From positions 70,930,001-70,994,000 of the forward strand of contig NC_086097.1 in NCBI RefSeq assembly GCF_963921235.1: a DNA stretch of 64,000 nt. Direction: 5' to 3'. Below the pieces are notes generated by a model that was given only the letters and a program-made list of their open reading frames with translations, did not search any database and was not told the origin of the DNA. The stretch comes from Mobula hypostoma (Eukaryota). This document shows, one piece after another, positions 12,451 to 25,429 of the stretch. Every line of letters begins with the position of its first letter. The first letter of the stretch is position 1. A program made the position numbers and the translations under genes.

Positions 12451-14064
12451 AATACAAGAAGAATAATAAGAATTAATAATGATAATTTGAGAGCGCTTTT
12501 CATACAGATGATACAGATTTTCAGGAGACAAACGATTTAGTTATCATTGTCTATATACCTTATTGCCAGATGGTATTGCAATAGATTCAGAGAATAATCA
12601 ACATCAAACAACTGAATATGCTTTATCTTTCGACCAAACATGCCAAATATTTTCAAAGTGATCAATTTTAAGTTTAAGCTCTCCTCGTGTGAGAATCATG
12701 CAATGTCCAGATACTGACTACATGGATCACCTTTGGTATAACAATTTCTGCACTGTAGAATTTTATTTAATCTTGGTTACTATTCTCAAGGTCAGTTAAT
12801 GCTGTAAATAATTATGCCAGAGTTGTTGCAAAGTTATGAACCAGGAATAGTTACAACTTCAGAATTAGTTTAGACTAATTCAAAAATTAGTTTAGACTTT
12901 TGACTATCTGGCTTCAAACGTGTGTGAAGATTTGAAAACAATGTGTTTCAATAGGTTTCAATAGGTACACTTAATATCAGAGAAATGTATACACTATACA
13001 TCCTGAGTTTCTTTTTCCTCAGGTATGTACACGTTTTGGTATTAGTCTGAGATTGCCAAATGAAAAACTGAAGGGTCAAACAGAAACTCTTGTTAATATC
13101 TTACCAATAATGCTGCACGGTGTATATTTATTCTTAATATTAATAATTAAATCCCAGTCAAAGAGGGAAAATCTGTGACTGATAATTTAGAGCTATTTTT
13201 GGATGCAATAATGAATTATATAGATCTCATCTTTTTCCTAGTTATGTTTAATTTAATTCAAATTATTCAGCATTTAAATTAGAAGCAGGCTATACCTTCA
13301 TTATATTGTTGAAATATTGCATCTAAAAATATGGCAATGGAATTAGTTCTGGGGAAGGGACTGAAAAAAAATGAGCGGCAGGATAAGTAAACCCACAGCC
13401 AACAGTGGAATAAATTATGTAAATTGATACATTTGTTATTCAGCAATCTACCCTCACACTTGTAGTATAAATACCAACATACTGTGAGTTCAATACATTA
13501 GTATTTAAGTTGCATAATAGGTGTACTTGTAGCATCTGCCGGAAACTGAGAAAACACAGAGTGCAAATGTTTTATAATTCAAAGAAAATGTCAGATAAAA
13601 CAGTACAGTATTTTAAAACTCATGCAAGTTGACTGCTGCTGAATCATTAATTGAAAATAGTAATCATATTTCTGATGTAACACAATGGAAAGATTGTATT
13701 TCAATTCGATGCTTAACCTAAATATTCTCTCCAACTTTATGTACATAGCTTCACATTACACTTGCTTAACCCTCTCACTTTCCAAAGCACTTTAAAACTG
13801 ACTCAACATATGTCTTTTCACCCTGTGTAATGTTCCCTGATAGCTAAGTGTGAACCAATTGGTGTAGAAATTTAAGCCAATCAAAGTGCAAATTGCTGTT
13901 TAACAGTGCAAGAAAAAATAGTGAAGGATAGAAATGTGTTTCTATAATATGTACCATTCATAATTGATTAGGTATCTATTTTTCCATGGTTTACAAGTCT
14001 TTTTGAAACATTACAGAAAAATAACTGTGCAAATAAAATGTCACTTTGTTTTGTATATTTGTAG

Positions 14065-14289
<225 letters not shown>

Positions 14290-14616
14290 TAGTATGCATA
14301 TACTATTGCCTTAAACAGTGAAAACTGCAGTTTCTCTGGAAGCATTATTTGGATTAAATTATATTCTGAGTTTAAATTTTCTCAGTGATGTTTTGGCTCA
14401 ATAAATGAAATCAAGTCGTACAAAACTTATTCAGTAAAGATAACAAAATCTCTATTACATATATTTTATGTTACATTGAGGATATATGTTAATGTTATTT
14501 AAAATTCTCCTGCATGAACATTAGACTAATGTAGCTCTTTGCCACTCTTAATCAACTTAAATGGTGGTATGATTTCAGATATTAATGAATATCCAAGAGG
14601 CATTTGCCTAATTTGA

Positions 14617-14943
14617 GAAAATCTGCAGATGTTGGGAATCCAAGCGACACACACAAAATGCTGGAGAAACTCAGCAGGCCAGGCAGCATCTATGGAAAAG
14701 AGTACAGCTGAAGTTTTGGGCGGAGACCCTTCTTTGAGACTCAGTGTAAAGTTTCTTCCAGGGATGCCTACCATGAAGAACTTTAAATCTTCCCTCTGAT
14801 GAGAGTTCAGTGAAACCCTCTCTCACTGCTCCCACTCTGATCTCTGCTGAGTCCTGATGAAGGGTCTTGGTCCAAAACATTGACTGTATTCTTTTCCATA
14901 GATGTTGCCTGACCTGCTGAGTTCCTCAAGCATTTTGTGTGTG
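14617..14943. mobile_element. Short palindromic Penelope-terminus derivative
   Basis: Inverted arms (ACACACACAAAATGCTGGAGAAACTCAGCAGG.. / ..CCTGCTGAGTTCCTCAAGCATTTTGTGTGTGT) homologous to 4450-4580. Degenerate hammerhead at 14850-14885. TSD TTGCCT(A/G)ATTTGA at 14604-14616 and 14944-14956. Confidence 0.8.
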
Positions 14944-14991
14944 TTGCCTGATTTGAATTTGGTTTTTACAAAACCAACTACTTCAGAAAGT

Positions 14992-15153
14992 AGCACACAC
15001 AAATGCTGGTTGAACTCAGCAAGTCAGACAGCATCTATGGAAATGAATAAAATAAATGAATAGTTCCTTTGATGCTACCTAACCTGCTGAGTTCCCCCAG
15101 CATTTTGTGTGCATTGCTTTGGATTTCCAGCATCCGCAGACTTTCTCGTGTTT
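14992..15153. mobile_element. Very short palindromic Penelope-terminus derivative
   Basis: Inverted arms as above. Perfect 15-bp TSD ACTACTTCAGAAAGT at 14977-14991 and 15154-15168. Confidence 0.85.
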
Positions 15154-17539
15154 ACTACTTCAGAAAGTGGTATCAAAAAGTTAGCCTCGGGAAAAGGCAG
15201 ATGTTCCAAATTATCCATGACTTCTTTGATTTTCTTTTTCCCTAAAATTCACCCAGTTTGAATATCTGGAAGTATACCATGGGAATTTTTACCCGTTTGA
15301 AGTGATTAATCCAAAACTAAACCAAGAGTTGAAAAGTACACTAATATTGCTAACTTATAGAATTTCATTCCTTAGAAGTGTATTTTGATGTTTTGAGAGC
15401 CTAATGCAAACTCTACTTTCTCACACCATTAAGAAGATTCTGAATTCTTTAAACCAGGCTTCACACTGCATTGACGTCAAGCTCTCCATTGTGCCAAGCT
15501 CAAGTACTTAGATATGATTTCCCAAATGGGTCTCATCACTTCTATTTAATGCACTGAAGTTAGATCAGAACTGTTGCCTTACTTGAAGCAATACATATTT
15601 GAAATACTTTTTTGTTGAGTGGAAGGTGGAGGTATAACTGTAGCCACATTCTGTACTCTCAGCTGCAGAGAACAAAAATTCCAACATATTCATAAATGCC
15701 AAATACTGCTGTGATAAGAAGTTCTATCGTATAAAACTGAAGACAAATGGAACAAAAAGGAATCATGTTGTTGAGCTGTTGAGCCATGAAGCAGGGAATA
15801 CTATATCATAATGTTAATTTGAAATGAGGCGCTCAGAGACAGTGTTGATGAACCAATTTCTTTTTACGATTATCTCTGTTGACAATAAATTGTGATATCC
15901 TACATTATTAACTAACTCACATGTTTCCCAGAGAACCAGCAGAAGTAATTGGCAGCAAATTTGCATTGAAACTGAGGCCTGACTTGGGGAAAAAAACAGC
16001 TTGCTCCTATCTTAACTGTTGTCCTGTGGGACTTGGTGAAAATAGTCAAGGATTTCATAATGTTCAAAGGATAACATAATAACCTTGCTAATTTGGTGAA
16101 GATCACAAGGGGACTGATAAACAAAATTACTGTAGTGATCTAGTCCTAGCTATCTTTAGTTGTCTAATCATACATTTGTTAAAAGGTTAGGAATGGGAAT
16201 ATTTTCTGATGATTGCACAACACTGAATTCCATTCAGAATTCCATTCAGAATTCCTCTGATAATGAAGCAATCCATGCCTATATGCACCAAGATAATTAA
16301 AGCATCTGGGCTTGAGACAATGAATGATAGGTAACATTGATTCGTCACACAACTCAAAAACTTCAATGGCATTGTAATTAGCAAATCCCAAAGTCACCAA
16401 CGTGCAGAAATGTAACCTGCATAAACATACATTAGATGCAGGTCTGAGGCAGTGGACTGTATATTAGGTGCCTCAACTACTGACTCCTCTAAAATCTCCA
16501 AACCACTTGCAAAATATAAATCAACACACTTGCCTGTATGGATACATCTGAAACAGTCCTCCAGAAAGTCACTGCCATCGAAGACCAATCAATCTAAATG
16601 ACTGGCACCTCATTTGCCAGCATAAATATTGAATTCCCTAACTAGTAGTCTACTACCATTGGACTGAATGTCATCATTGAGGTATAAGAAAGTGATCAAG
16701 GTTTTTACTCCAGCAATTCTGAAATGTGTGACTTCTACTAGCTAAAATGTCTGGTGAAAATACAGGGTAAACCATACAGATTTAATATAGCTAAAAAACA
16801 TCAAAATTTAGGTTTGGTTATGCAGAATTGGTGAGAAAGTTCAGTTTCATCAGCTGACGCCCTTGGACATTCCTTTCTTAAGGTATGAATAGCATAGACT
16901 GACAAAATGAATAAATTAGAGATGGCATCTAAAATCCCATGTGTTGACATAGGCTTAGATTTTATAGGAGATTTCTTTCAATCCTCTGACTTGGGGCACA
17001 CTAATAAAACATGTGGATATCAGATCATGTTTGGAGTAGAATTCCCAGTCAAATTAACTTTGAATAGGTTGGATATTATATGTACAAAAATCTTAGGAAC
17101 AAATTTATTGAAAATAGGATTAGTTATTAAATGTGTTGCATAACTGTGTTGACCACTTTTAGGCATACTTTCTTATAAATATGCTTCGGTGTAACCTAAG
17201 TGTCTAGCTAGTAATCATGATATTAAAATTACAATAGCAATCATGCGTTTTGAACATTTTAACATGGAGTAAAGTGCATTTTGAAATATGTGGCAATGTA
17301 TCACCAAACAAAGGCGGCTGTGGGCTGAAGGGCTTGTACTGTGAGGTACTGTTCCAAAATGAGAAGCAGTTACATAAGAACACAACCAGCTTGAGGCTTC
17401 TTTCCAAGTCACAAATCATTGGACATTTGTCAATACATTCAACTTTGCAGAATTACTTTCGTAAGAACTGTAAATACAGAATATGCAACACTCTATTGGA
17501 ATACTCTGAGGTAAATATTTTATTTATCTTCCGCGTTAG

Positions 17540-17617
17540 ATTGCAAGTTCAACTGCCATAAGCGCTGTGCCCCTAAGGTGCCAAGTAATTGCCTTGGTGA
17601 AGTGGCTGTCAACGGCG
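17540..17617 (+). CDS. PRKD1: PRKD1 internal exon (78 nt; end of C1b domain)
   Basis: ttag|AT...GGCG|gtgag. Translates (D)[25 protein letters not shown] and completes the C1 Cys/His pattern in phase with the previous exon. Confidence 0.96.
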
Positions 17618-17907
17618 GTGAGTTGCAATGCCCGTTTCCACATCTCAGAATGCCAATTTTATAACGACCTTTGAAAACATCGCTTCTTGGTGATCAAGAA
17701 TAATTTTTGCTACAAAAACATTCTTGAGTATTCTATAAAATATATATGTTGCGTGATTATGTGTGAAATCTGTTCACGTTAGCGTTTAACCACATACGGT
17801 GCATTCATAGTCTATGCATTCCCAAACATTTTTCTCTGTAATTAGAACTAATTCAAACATCCCAGATGGAATTTTTGATTGAGTTGTGTGTTTTGTTTGT
17901 TTAATAG

Positions 17908-18106
17908 ATTTGCTTAGCCCTGGTGCAGAGGCAGATGTAGTGATGGAAGAAGGGAGTGATGACAATGACAGTGAAAGAAACAGTGCAATTATTGATGATA
18001 TGGAAGAGTCCATGTCGCATGACTCTGAAATGTTAATCACAGTGACCCACGGTGACAGTGGTGACATGCAGGACCATGAGCATGATGATGCAAACCGTGC
18101 AATAAG
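17908..18106 (+). CDS. PRKD1: PRKD1 internal exon (199 nt; acidic region)
   Basis: aatag|AT...ATAAG|gttagt. Translates (D)[34 protein letters not shown]...DANRAI(S). This acidic segment resembles PKD1 rather than PKD2 or PKD3. Confidence 0.95.
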
Positions 18107-18744
18107 GTTAGTCTAGACTCATTGCATCTGATATGAGGGGATTCCTGTTAAATAGATACATTTAATTTGACTGTACTTTGTTAAGTGTTTCTCCTGCGTG
18201 GCATCTAATAGAATACTAAAGCTGCCAGGTGTGTTCCATAACACAGCGGTTCTGACAATGCCAGCTCAAGGAAAAGATTCGTAGAAGAAAGAATTGTTTT
18301 TTAAGATGACTGGTTCAGAATCACCTCATAACAATGACTACTTGCACTTATGGGCATCTTGAAGTGCTGCAGGCCACATCACAGGAAGAAAACTCATGGG
18401 AATAACAAAAAAGAAAGAAGTTTTAAGAAAGTTTTTGAAAACAGGGATAAAGTTATCATGGTAGAAGTGTTTCAAGAGGAATCCGGAAAATAAGATTAAA
18501 AGTTTCTGAAGGTTTTATGTTCAGATGCGATGGGACCATGTACATCATTAATCAGTATAGCAGAAGAAATAACCTGGAATTGTAGATGCTACAGAGAAAA
18601 ACATATATTGTCATATTATTTTCAGTAATGGTATCACCTTACTGAGTAGGGATAAATTATGATGAACTTAGTGACTTGTGGAGGCTAATTAATTTAGGGT
18701 TGTGAAATCAAGCATGAAGGACTAAAAGCAAATTTTGAAATTCA

Positions 18745-18862
18745 AACAAACTGCAGATGCTGGAGTTCTGAAGTAAAAACAGAAATACGCAGCATGTTAG
18801 GCCACTTCAGTGGGAAGAGGAACAGAGCTAATGATTCAGGTAGAAGACTCTTCGTCAGAAAT
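18745..18862 (-). mobile_element. Old Penelope-terminus fragment
   Basis: CTGCAGATGCTGG start and TTCGTCAG (reverse complement of CTGACGAA) end, the same layout as the other termini. Confidence 0.6.
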
Positions 18863-21800
18863 GGAAAAGAAACACAAGAAAATTGTCTTCAGAATTTAAC
18901 AAGTTCATGCATAGTAAATTGTTGGAAAAGCTGAGAAAAGGAAAAGGAATTTCCACACAAGGAAACACCCATTGAGGAGGTCCATGTCTGCTCTGCATCT
19001 ACCCAAAGACAATATTCTGCAACACATAAAACCTCAGATGAAGTGCTTAGTAGACAAGTTCTTGCACTTTCTTCCATGAGTTGTACAATTATGGAGAGAC
19101 CATGTATTGATCAATAGTTTAGGGGGGAGAGGATCACACGAGGGTGCAGAGAAAGTGATAATTGAAGGATGAGGAGCTGATTATGGGCCAGTAGAGTGAT
19201 AAGGAGAAAATCAGGGGTGGGGAGCGATGAAGAAAGTTTTTGGGATATATTTCACAAGGTTAGGGGTACGGAGGGGGAGGTGCTGCAATCATTGAAAATG
19301 AAGAGTTATAGAAGCATCACATTAAGAGAGAGTTTTGTCTTGCATCTCCATCAGGGGTCCATGTAGCCTCTGTCCTGTAATTTGTGCAAAAATTGGACTC
19401 AGCCCTTTACATAAGAGTTTTTTCAAAGCCCAAAACGTTTTTAGAGTTTTGAAAGTGTGAGAGAGTTGTGGAGAAGTAACATCAGTTGTGCATTGTGGTG
19501 GTGCATGGTTTGAGTCACACGTGGGTAACCCAGACCACAGATCCATTAATATGTGAACTCACGGTGTGTAGTTATGATAGAATCCTTTCACATGTTGCAT
19601 AAAAACATACTGCTATGTTAGAGAATTTCCAAGCTATTGCTACTTAAATTTCAGAGAAAATTTCAGATAAACAACCTTCTCCTTCAACTAGATGTATTGT
19701 AGGCCAAGTGACACATTTTATCATGTTCACAGCTGAAGATTACACACCTTCAGCATATGCTGGGATCTGTGATATTCCTACATCCACTCAATCAAAAGGG
19801 TTTTCAACACATTTTTAAACACTTTATACATTAATTTTAAATCATGGCAGATATAAAAATGATTTTATCTATTCAATGGAGCTCTAATGGATTAGTAAAA
19901 GTCATAAATAAAAGACTATTGATAAATTATTGATAAATAGCAGATATTGAAAATCATATTAGGAGAGAATGAAGAAATTAGCACATGAAATTTGTGACAA
20001 ATTGGTCAATTTTTGCAAATAAAGATGTTACCTTTGTCGGAGCCAATGCTGAAATTAATGTTTTGATACATTATATTAAATTACTACATACGCAACCTGA
20101 TATTTATTCTGGTTTAGTTTTAAATGTCTAATGCACTTGTCTATACAGACTTTGAAGAAATGGAAATGTTCTGTTATTTTGCTTCATGTGAGGCATAGAA
20201 TTTTCTGTTTCAAAGGCTTTGCTTTAATTTAATGTAGTTAATTAACCATGTTCAAGGAAGTTGTTTTTCTTTCTGCCTATAAACAAGATTTCCCACATTT
20301 GGTACAACAAAGATATATATGATTTATTGTTTTTTTAAATCTTGAGCTGAATATTATTGTTAAAGTACTTGATTGGTTTCCACACACAATTAATGGCAGC
20401 TAACACATTGAGGCCCCTGCCAACATCAGAAGTTTGAAGTGGCTATTTCAAAGTCAAAACCATAGTTTTTTAAGATCTTCTTTATTCTTTTTTACCAAGC
20501 AGAGCACTTCTGTTTTCCAGACTGATAAACAGGGCACAGCTTGACTCTACTCTTGTCAGACACAAGTGTAAAACTGCTCCTTCCTTTGCAATCTGTTCTT
20601 GCCTAGTGTAGAAGGTTGGGAGGATGTATTTTTAAGTGTAATGTGGACAAGGCCTGTTAATTACTTTGGGAAGTTTGTCATTGTATTGTATCTCAGGGCC
20701 CACGATTTGCCTCATAGAACCCCTCGCTCTTTATCAGAATGAGATTGCTCTTGCATTTCAGTTGCTTACAGTAACCATGGAGCATTGTTGCACTGTATAA
20801 TGAGAAGAAACCTTCTTAAAGCAGCAAAATGCAACATAATGTGAGATTATTTAGCAAGTGAAGTTTTATGTAATCTGCCCCGAGTTCCTCTCAGTTTGTA
20901 ACAATTCTTAAATAAAGAAAAAGATAATTTGCTTGACCATTGGTTGGTGAACTACTCTATTTAATCTAATAGGCCATTATATTAGACATTTTTCTGCTTC
21001 CCAGGTTTGGTTTGATTATAGGAAACAGCCAACCACGTATGTTTTCAATTGGCATTTCTTTGTTTATTGCTGTTTTTTCTTGAAGAGTACCTAATTGCTT
21101 TCAACATGGCTAAGAGACAGAGAAGCGTTTAATGTACAACTGCACAAAATTAATAATATCACACTGATTGTGGCAGTGAGTTTATAGGGCAATACAAGCT
21201 CTTTGACAAAGTCAGCGGTCTTTTGGGATACCTTCATACCAGGTTGTGTGTGGTAGTAGCTGAACTATGAGGAGTGGGCTTTCAACTAACCCTCAAGTTA
21301 CCAATTGACAGAAGACCCAGATTTTTATCGTCGCAAAACAGTGTGTTTTTCCTCTATGACATCCCTCAGACTAATGAGGTAGGCATTCAACAGTGATCAT
21401 TTTCTCTGAACTTGTTGTAGATGCCAATAGACATTAACATTAACTTTAGAACTCCTACCCTATCTGCAACAATCCGTATAGAAGTTTGGCTGTGACTGGT
21501 AGGAATGTCTCACACATATCTCAGCTTTGTTCCTTATAATGATCTTTTACGAGGGAGTTTTTCACATCCCAGATTTTCTCAAGTTACAGAAAGCATCTGA
21601 TTTTATTTTAATTTGCATTATCCAAGCCTTTATGCTTACTTTTTGAAAGTTGATCCCTGAACTAAACAGCAGCAAACAAACACTTTAAACCAATTTTAAA
21701 TTAAAAGTTTCAACTACATTTTAATAATGTACGGGAACATTTTCGGATTGAAATGGCATGACTTAAACATTTTATCTGATTCTAGATGTGAAGTGATTCT

Positions 21801-22300
21801 ATTATAAAAAGCTTGGGATTTGAATCTTGTCAAGCTGTCTTTAAATGTTCTCCTGCACAACCCAGGAAGATTTTCCTTGAACTGATATATAGTGGTTATG
21901 CTTTTCTTGATTTGATTATTCTAATTAACTGCTGTAAATTGAGGTGAATGCATTGAGCTTATTATGTGATATAAAGCAAACACCAGGGAAAGCAACGTTT
22001 TGTCATGTACCTTGCAAATGGAAATTATGTCAAAATTCACAACTTATTAATTTTTTATGGATTAAAATCTTTTAATTTTAAATATGACAAAGTTGATGGC
22101 AAATAGAGTTTCAAAGTTAGAGTGCTATCAAAATTTATGCTTAAAAGTCCTGCTCTGATGGCATTGCAGAATTATTTATACATTGAGTTTACGTGCCACA
22201 CATTTCATTGTACAGTCTTATCTTGGAAAGTAACATGGCTTCCTGCTATCATCATTTTAACAAAATGGAACTCAAAGTGCTATTTATTTTTGTTTAGATA

Positions 22301-23653
22301 GAGTGTATTCTGGTTAATTGGGACATATCAGGACCAGTACATTATGGCCCAATTAAGCGACTGCCCCAATTAGCTGAAGTTTTATCAAAATAGTTGAAAA
22401 GGGATTTAAAAAAAAGACAAACTACTGTTTAACTGCACGAAATTATGTATTTTAATGAAATACAGAGTAAGTTAGAACTCTACCAATGCTATTACAGTAC
22501 TACAAAACCATGTATTATGTTCTAATAGTTATTAATAGAGGAGTTTATGCAGTGTACAGTGCTGTGTATGGAATAGCATCTTTGGTGGCTTGTCGTGTCC
22601 ATTCTGTGGCACTCACTCACCTTTGGTCCCCACCGGACACTCAGCTCTCATCTGTGGCTCCAAGTAGTTGTTTGCACAGTTTGTATTGGGGTGTGTACAG
22701 CGGCCACACCCCAGTACACTATTTTGACAGGCTGGTTAAAGCAGGTGAGGGTAGCCAGTGGACCTCATACCCTTGTGAAATAGGGACATGCCTGTCCTAG
22801 CATGTGAAATCAATTCGGGCAGACTGGGCAGGTGAGGTCAACAGTGAGATATAATGGTTAAGAAAATGGTTCTGTAACGCTTTGTGGAGAGTAGGAGGGC
22901 ACGATAAGGCACAGAAGTCATGGTTATCCACTGTAACCAAGGAAGACCCCAGTTTCTGACTACTTCTTGTACCACTGCATCCAGACTTTTGAAGTGAAGA
23001 GAGTGGAACTGTCCCAGTGCAATGGCTTTTCCACTTTAAAAACTCTCACACAGGTTTCACCACCATTGTTGGATATGACTGACAATGAACATGCTGCCGT
23101 GTACTTTTGATCGACTGTAAACGAATAAATTTAGCGCAGACACCTAACCATGTTTTTGATGATCGCCTCCTCTGAATCTTCATTTTCATTATAACATTCA
23201 AGAAGATTGTCTATACTTCCAAATTCTTCATAGGTCTTAACTTGCTGAAGTAGTGAAATTATTTCATTTTCACCCTCGGCCATCTCTGGCATCTCCAAGC
23301 CTGAATGCTTGAAACTGCAGTGAGCAAAACAATGTTAATTTGTCTTACTGCTTATTTCTCACCAACTATCAGTGACAAAAATCACTGCTTTTTGAACACA
23401 AACACACAACTGATGCACTTAAAACCTGTTAGCTCTAAGCACAGTCTAGTGTCTACCGCCACACAAGTTCACGTGACTGACCCTAGTTAGAAATTGTTCG
23501 GCAACAGTCTCCTGTCCCAATTAAGCGGCATAGTGTCCCAAATAAATGAAGGGAAACCCAGCTATTATTTTGATTAATTTTTATTCTTTAAAAATCATCC
23601 CAAATAACTGGCTGTCCCAATTAACCAATGGCCCAATTAACTAGAATCCACTG
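22301..23653. mobile_element. Non-autonomous Tc1/mariner (Tigger/pogo-like) DNA transposon with a probable nested insertion at about 22565-23090
   Basis: Imperfect TIRs GAGTGTATTCTGGTTAATTGGG and CCCAATTAACTAGAATCCACTG, TA on the left flank, and repeated subterminal CCCAATTAA motifs at both ends. Confidence 0.78.
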
Positions 23654-24084
23654 CATATCTATTTTAATTGCAAGAAAAATATGTCACATCTTGATTTACT
23701 TTACTCTCTAATGATATATTCTGTGATATTAACATTCAATTCAATAATAAATATTAATATTTTTGCAAAGGCAACATAGAATTTCTATTATTCTTATTCT
23801 ATTGTGAATTTACTGCAACGTTTGTCACACCGATAATTCGGACCTAACAACCATAATTACAGTTCCTTGCTTTTTATCAGAAGCTGTCAATTTAGTGGAA
23901 GGATAAGTAAAGTACTGATACGTGTTTTCTCTGCAAGCTTTCTGTGAGCATTCTATCTCTTCAATTAAACTGGGAAGGTTGTATAACAGAAAGTGACATT
24001 ATTTTTACAAAAATTTTAATTGAAGAAATGTTCTTGATTACATCAATGATGCAAAATTAAAAACATATTTCTACATTTAAAGCA

Positions 24085-24480
24085 TGTAGTGTCCTAGAGT
24101 AATACAGCATCAAAACGGGCCCCTCAGCCCAGCTCATCCATGCTAGTCATGATAACCACCAAGCTGGTCCTATTGGTCTGCATTTGGTTGCTATCTCTCT
24201 AAATCCCTCCTGTCCATGTACTTATCAAAATGTCTTATAAATGTCTCCATATTACCTCCCTCAACTCCTTCCTCTGGCAGCTCATTCCATACATGCACTA
24301 TCTTCTACATGAAGAAGTTGCCCTTTGGGGCATTTTTAAATCTGTCACCTCTGACCTTGAACCTGTATCCTCTAGTTTTTAGTTCAGTTTCCCTGGGGCA
24401 ATAAAAACAGTGTGCATTCACTCTTTCCATGCCCCTCTAAGGGCACCACATTGATCTATATATCTCATATAAGATCACCC
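24085..24480 (-). mobile_element. CR1-like 3' fragment
   Basis: Homologous to 25430-25800 (GGCCC..CAGCCC.., TCCTCTGGCAGCTCATTCCAT, TCACCTTAAAC-like motifs). Confidence 0.65.
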
Positions 24481-25429
24481 TGACAAATGAAATGCAGAAA
24501 GTAACAAAAATTTGCTCTTAGTGATCTTAGATACGATAACATCTAAGATATGTTTGTGTTTGTTGTTGAAACTGCAGCACACTTGTTGTTTCCAAACAGT
24601 GTGCCTAATTTTTACCACTGGACATGCAGTCCCCAACCATGGCAAAAAATCTGCAATTTTATTGCCAGATTCTTGATTCATCAGGGCATGAAAGGAAATG
24701 GTGGGTGGGGGGGGGGAGTGTGAGGAGAGGAGGGAAATTAGGGCTGAGAGGAAAAATGGATCAGCCATGATGAAATGGCAGAGCAGACTCGATGGGCCAA
24801 ATCGCCTAATTCTGCTCCTATATCTTTTGGTCTTGTGGTCTTATGATAGCAAGATGACGGGATACTTGGGAATGGTATAGTGGAATCAGTTTGGGGTTGG
24901 ACGAGTGCTGGTAATGAAGAAAGGACAGATAATCAAAGAGGAAATGTATAAATTGAAACAAAATAATAAGAAAAAATTCAAGTTATGAGAAGAATAAATC
25001 AATCTTGAGTACAAAATTAGTGAAAGATACTGGAGACTGTTGGATCTTAATATATGAGAAAATAAATCGATAAATGGCTCATAAGAAATTTGTTCTGTTT
25101 GGCATTCACAGCATATCAATGAGAAAGATGCCACCATTGGAAACTCACTTAGAATATATTATCCTTTACTCATTAATTGTGGTGGAAAAATAGAATCAAG
25201 TAATGACTGTGGAATTTTGAAAAGAAAATGAATTAAGTGGTAGATTTTTCTCCTACCATATCAGATCAGGTTTGTCCCGCAATCTTTTAAAAATATAGAA
25301 ACACAAAAATTGTTGATACGTCCTGTTCTCAGAAGAAAACTGAAAATTGAAAAGAACTAAATTAAGTTCAATGGTGACAGGAAAATGCAGTAGTGCAGAA
25401 GGAAAAAACCAGAAAGGAGAAATTAAATG

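Noticed and set aside
14790..14820. Extra hammerhead-like CTGATGA...GAAA in the palindrome spacer
   Set aside because: No convincing helix II or NUH cleavage site. The spacer more likely derives from the start of the Penelope ORF.
16224..16256. 12-bp tandem repeat GAATTCCATTCA, about 2.5 copies
   Set aside because: An ordinary local slippage duplication with no further structure.
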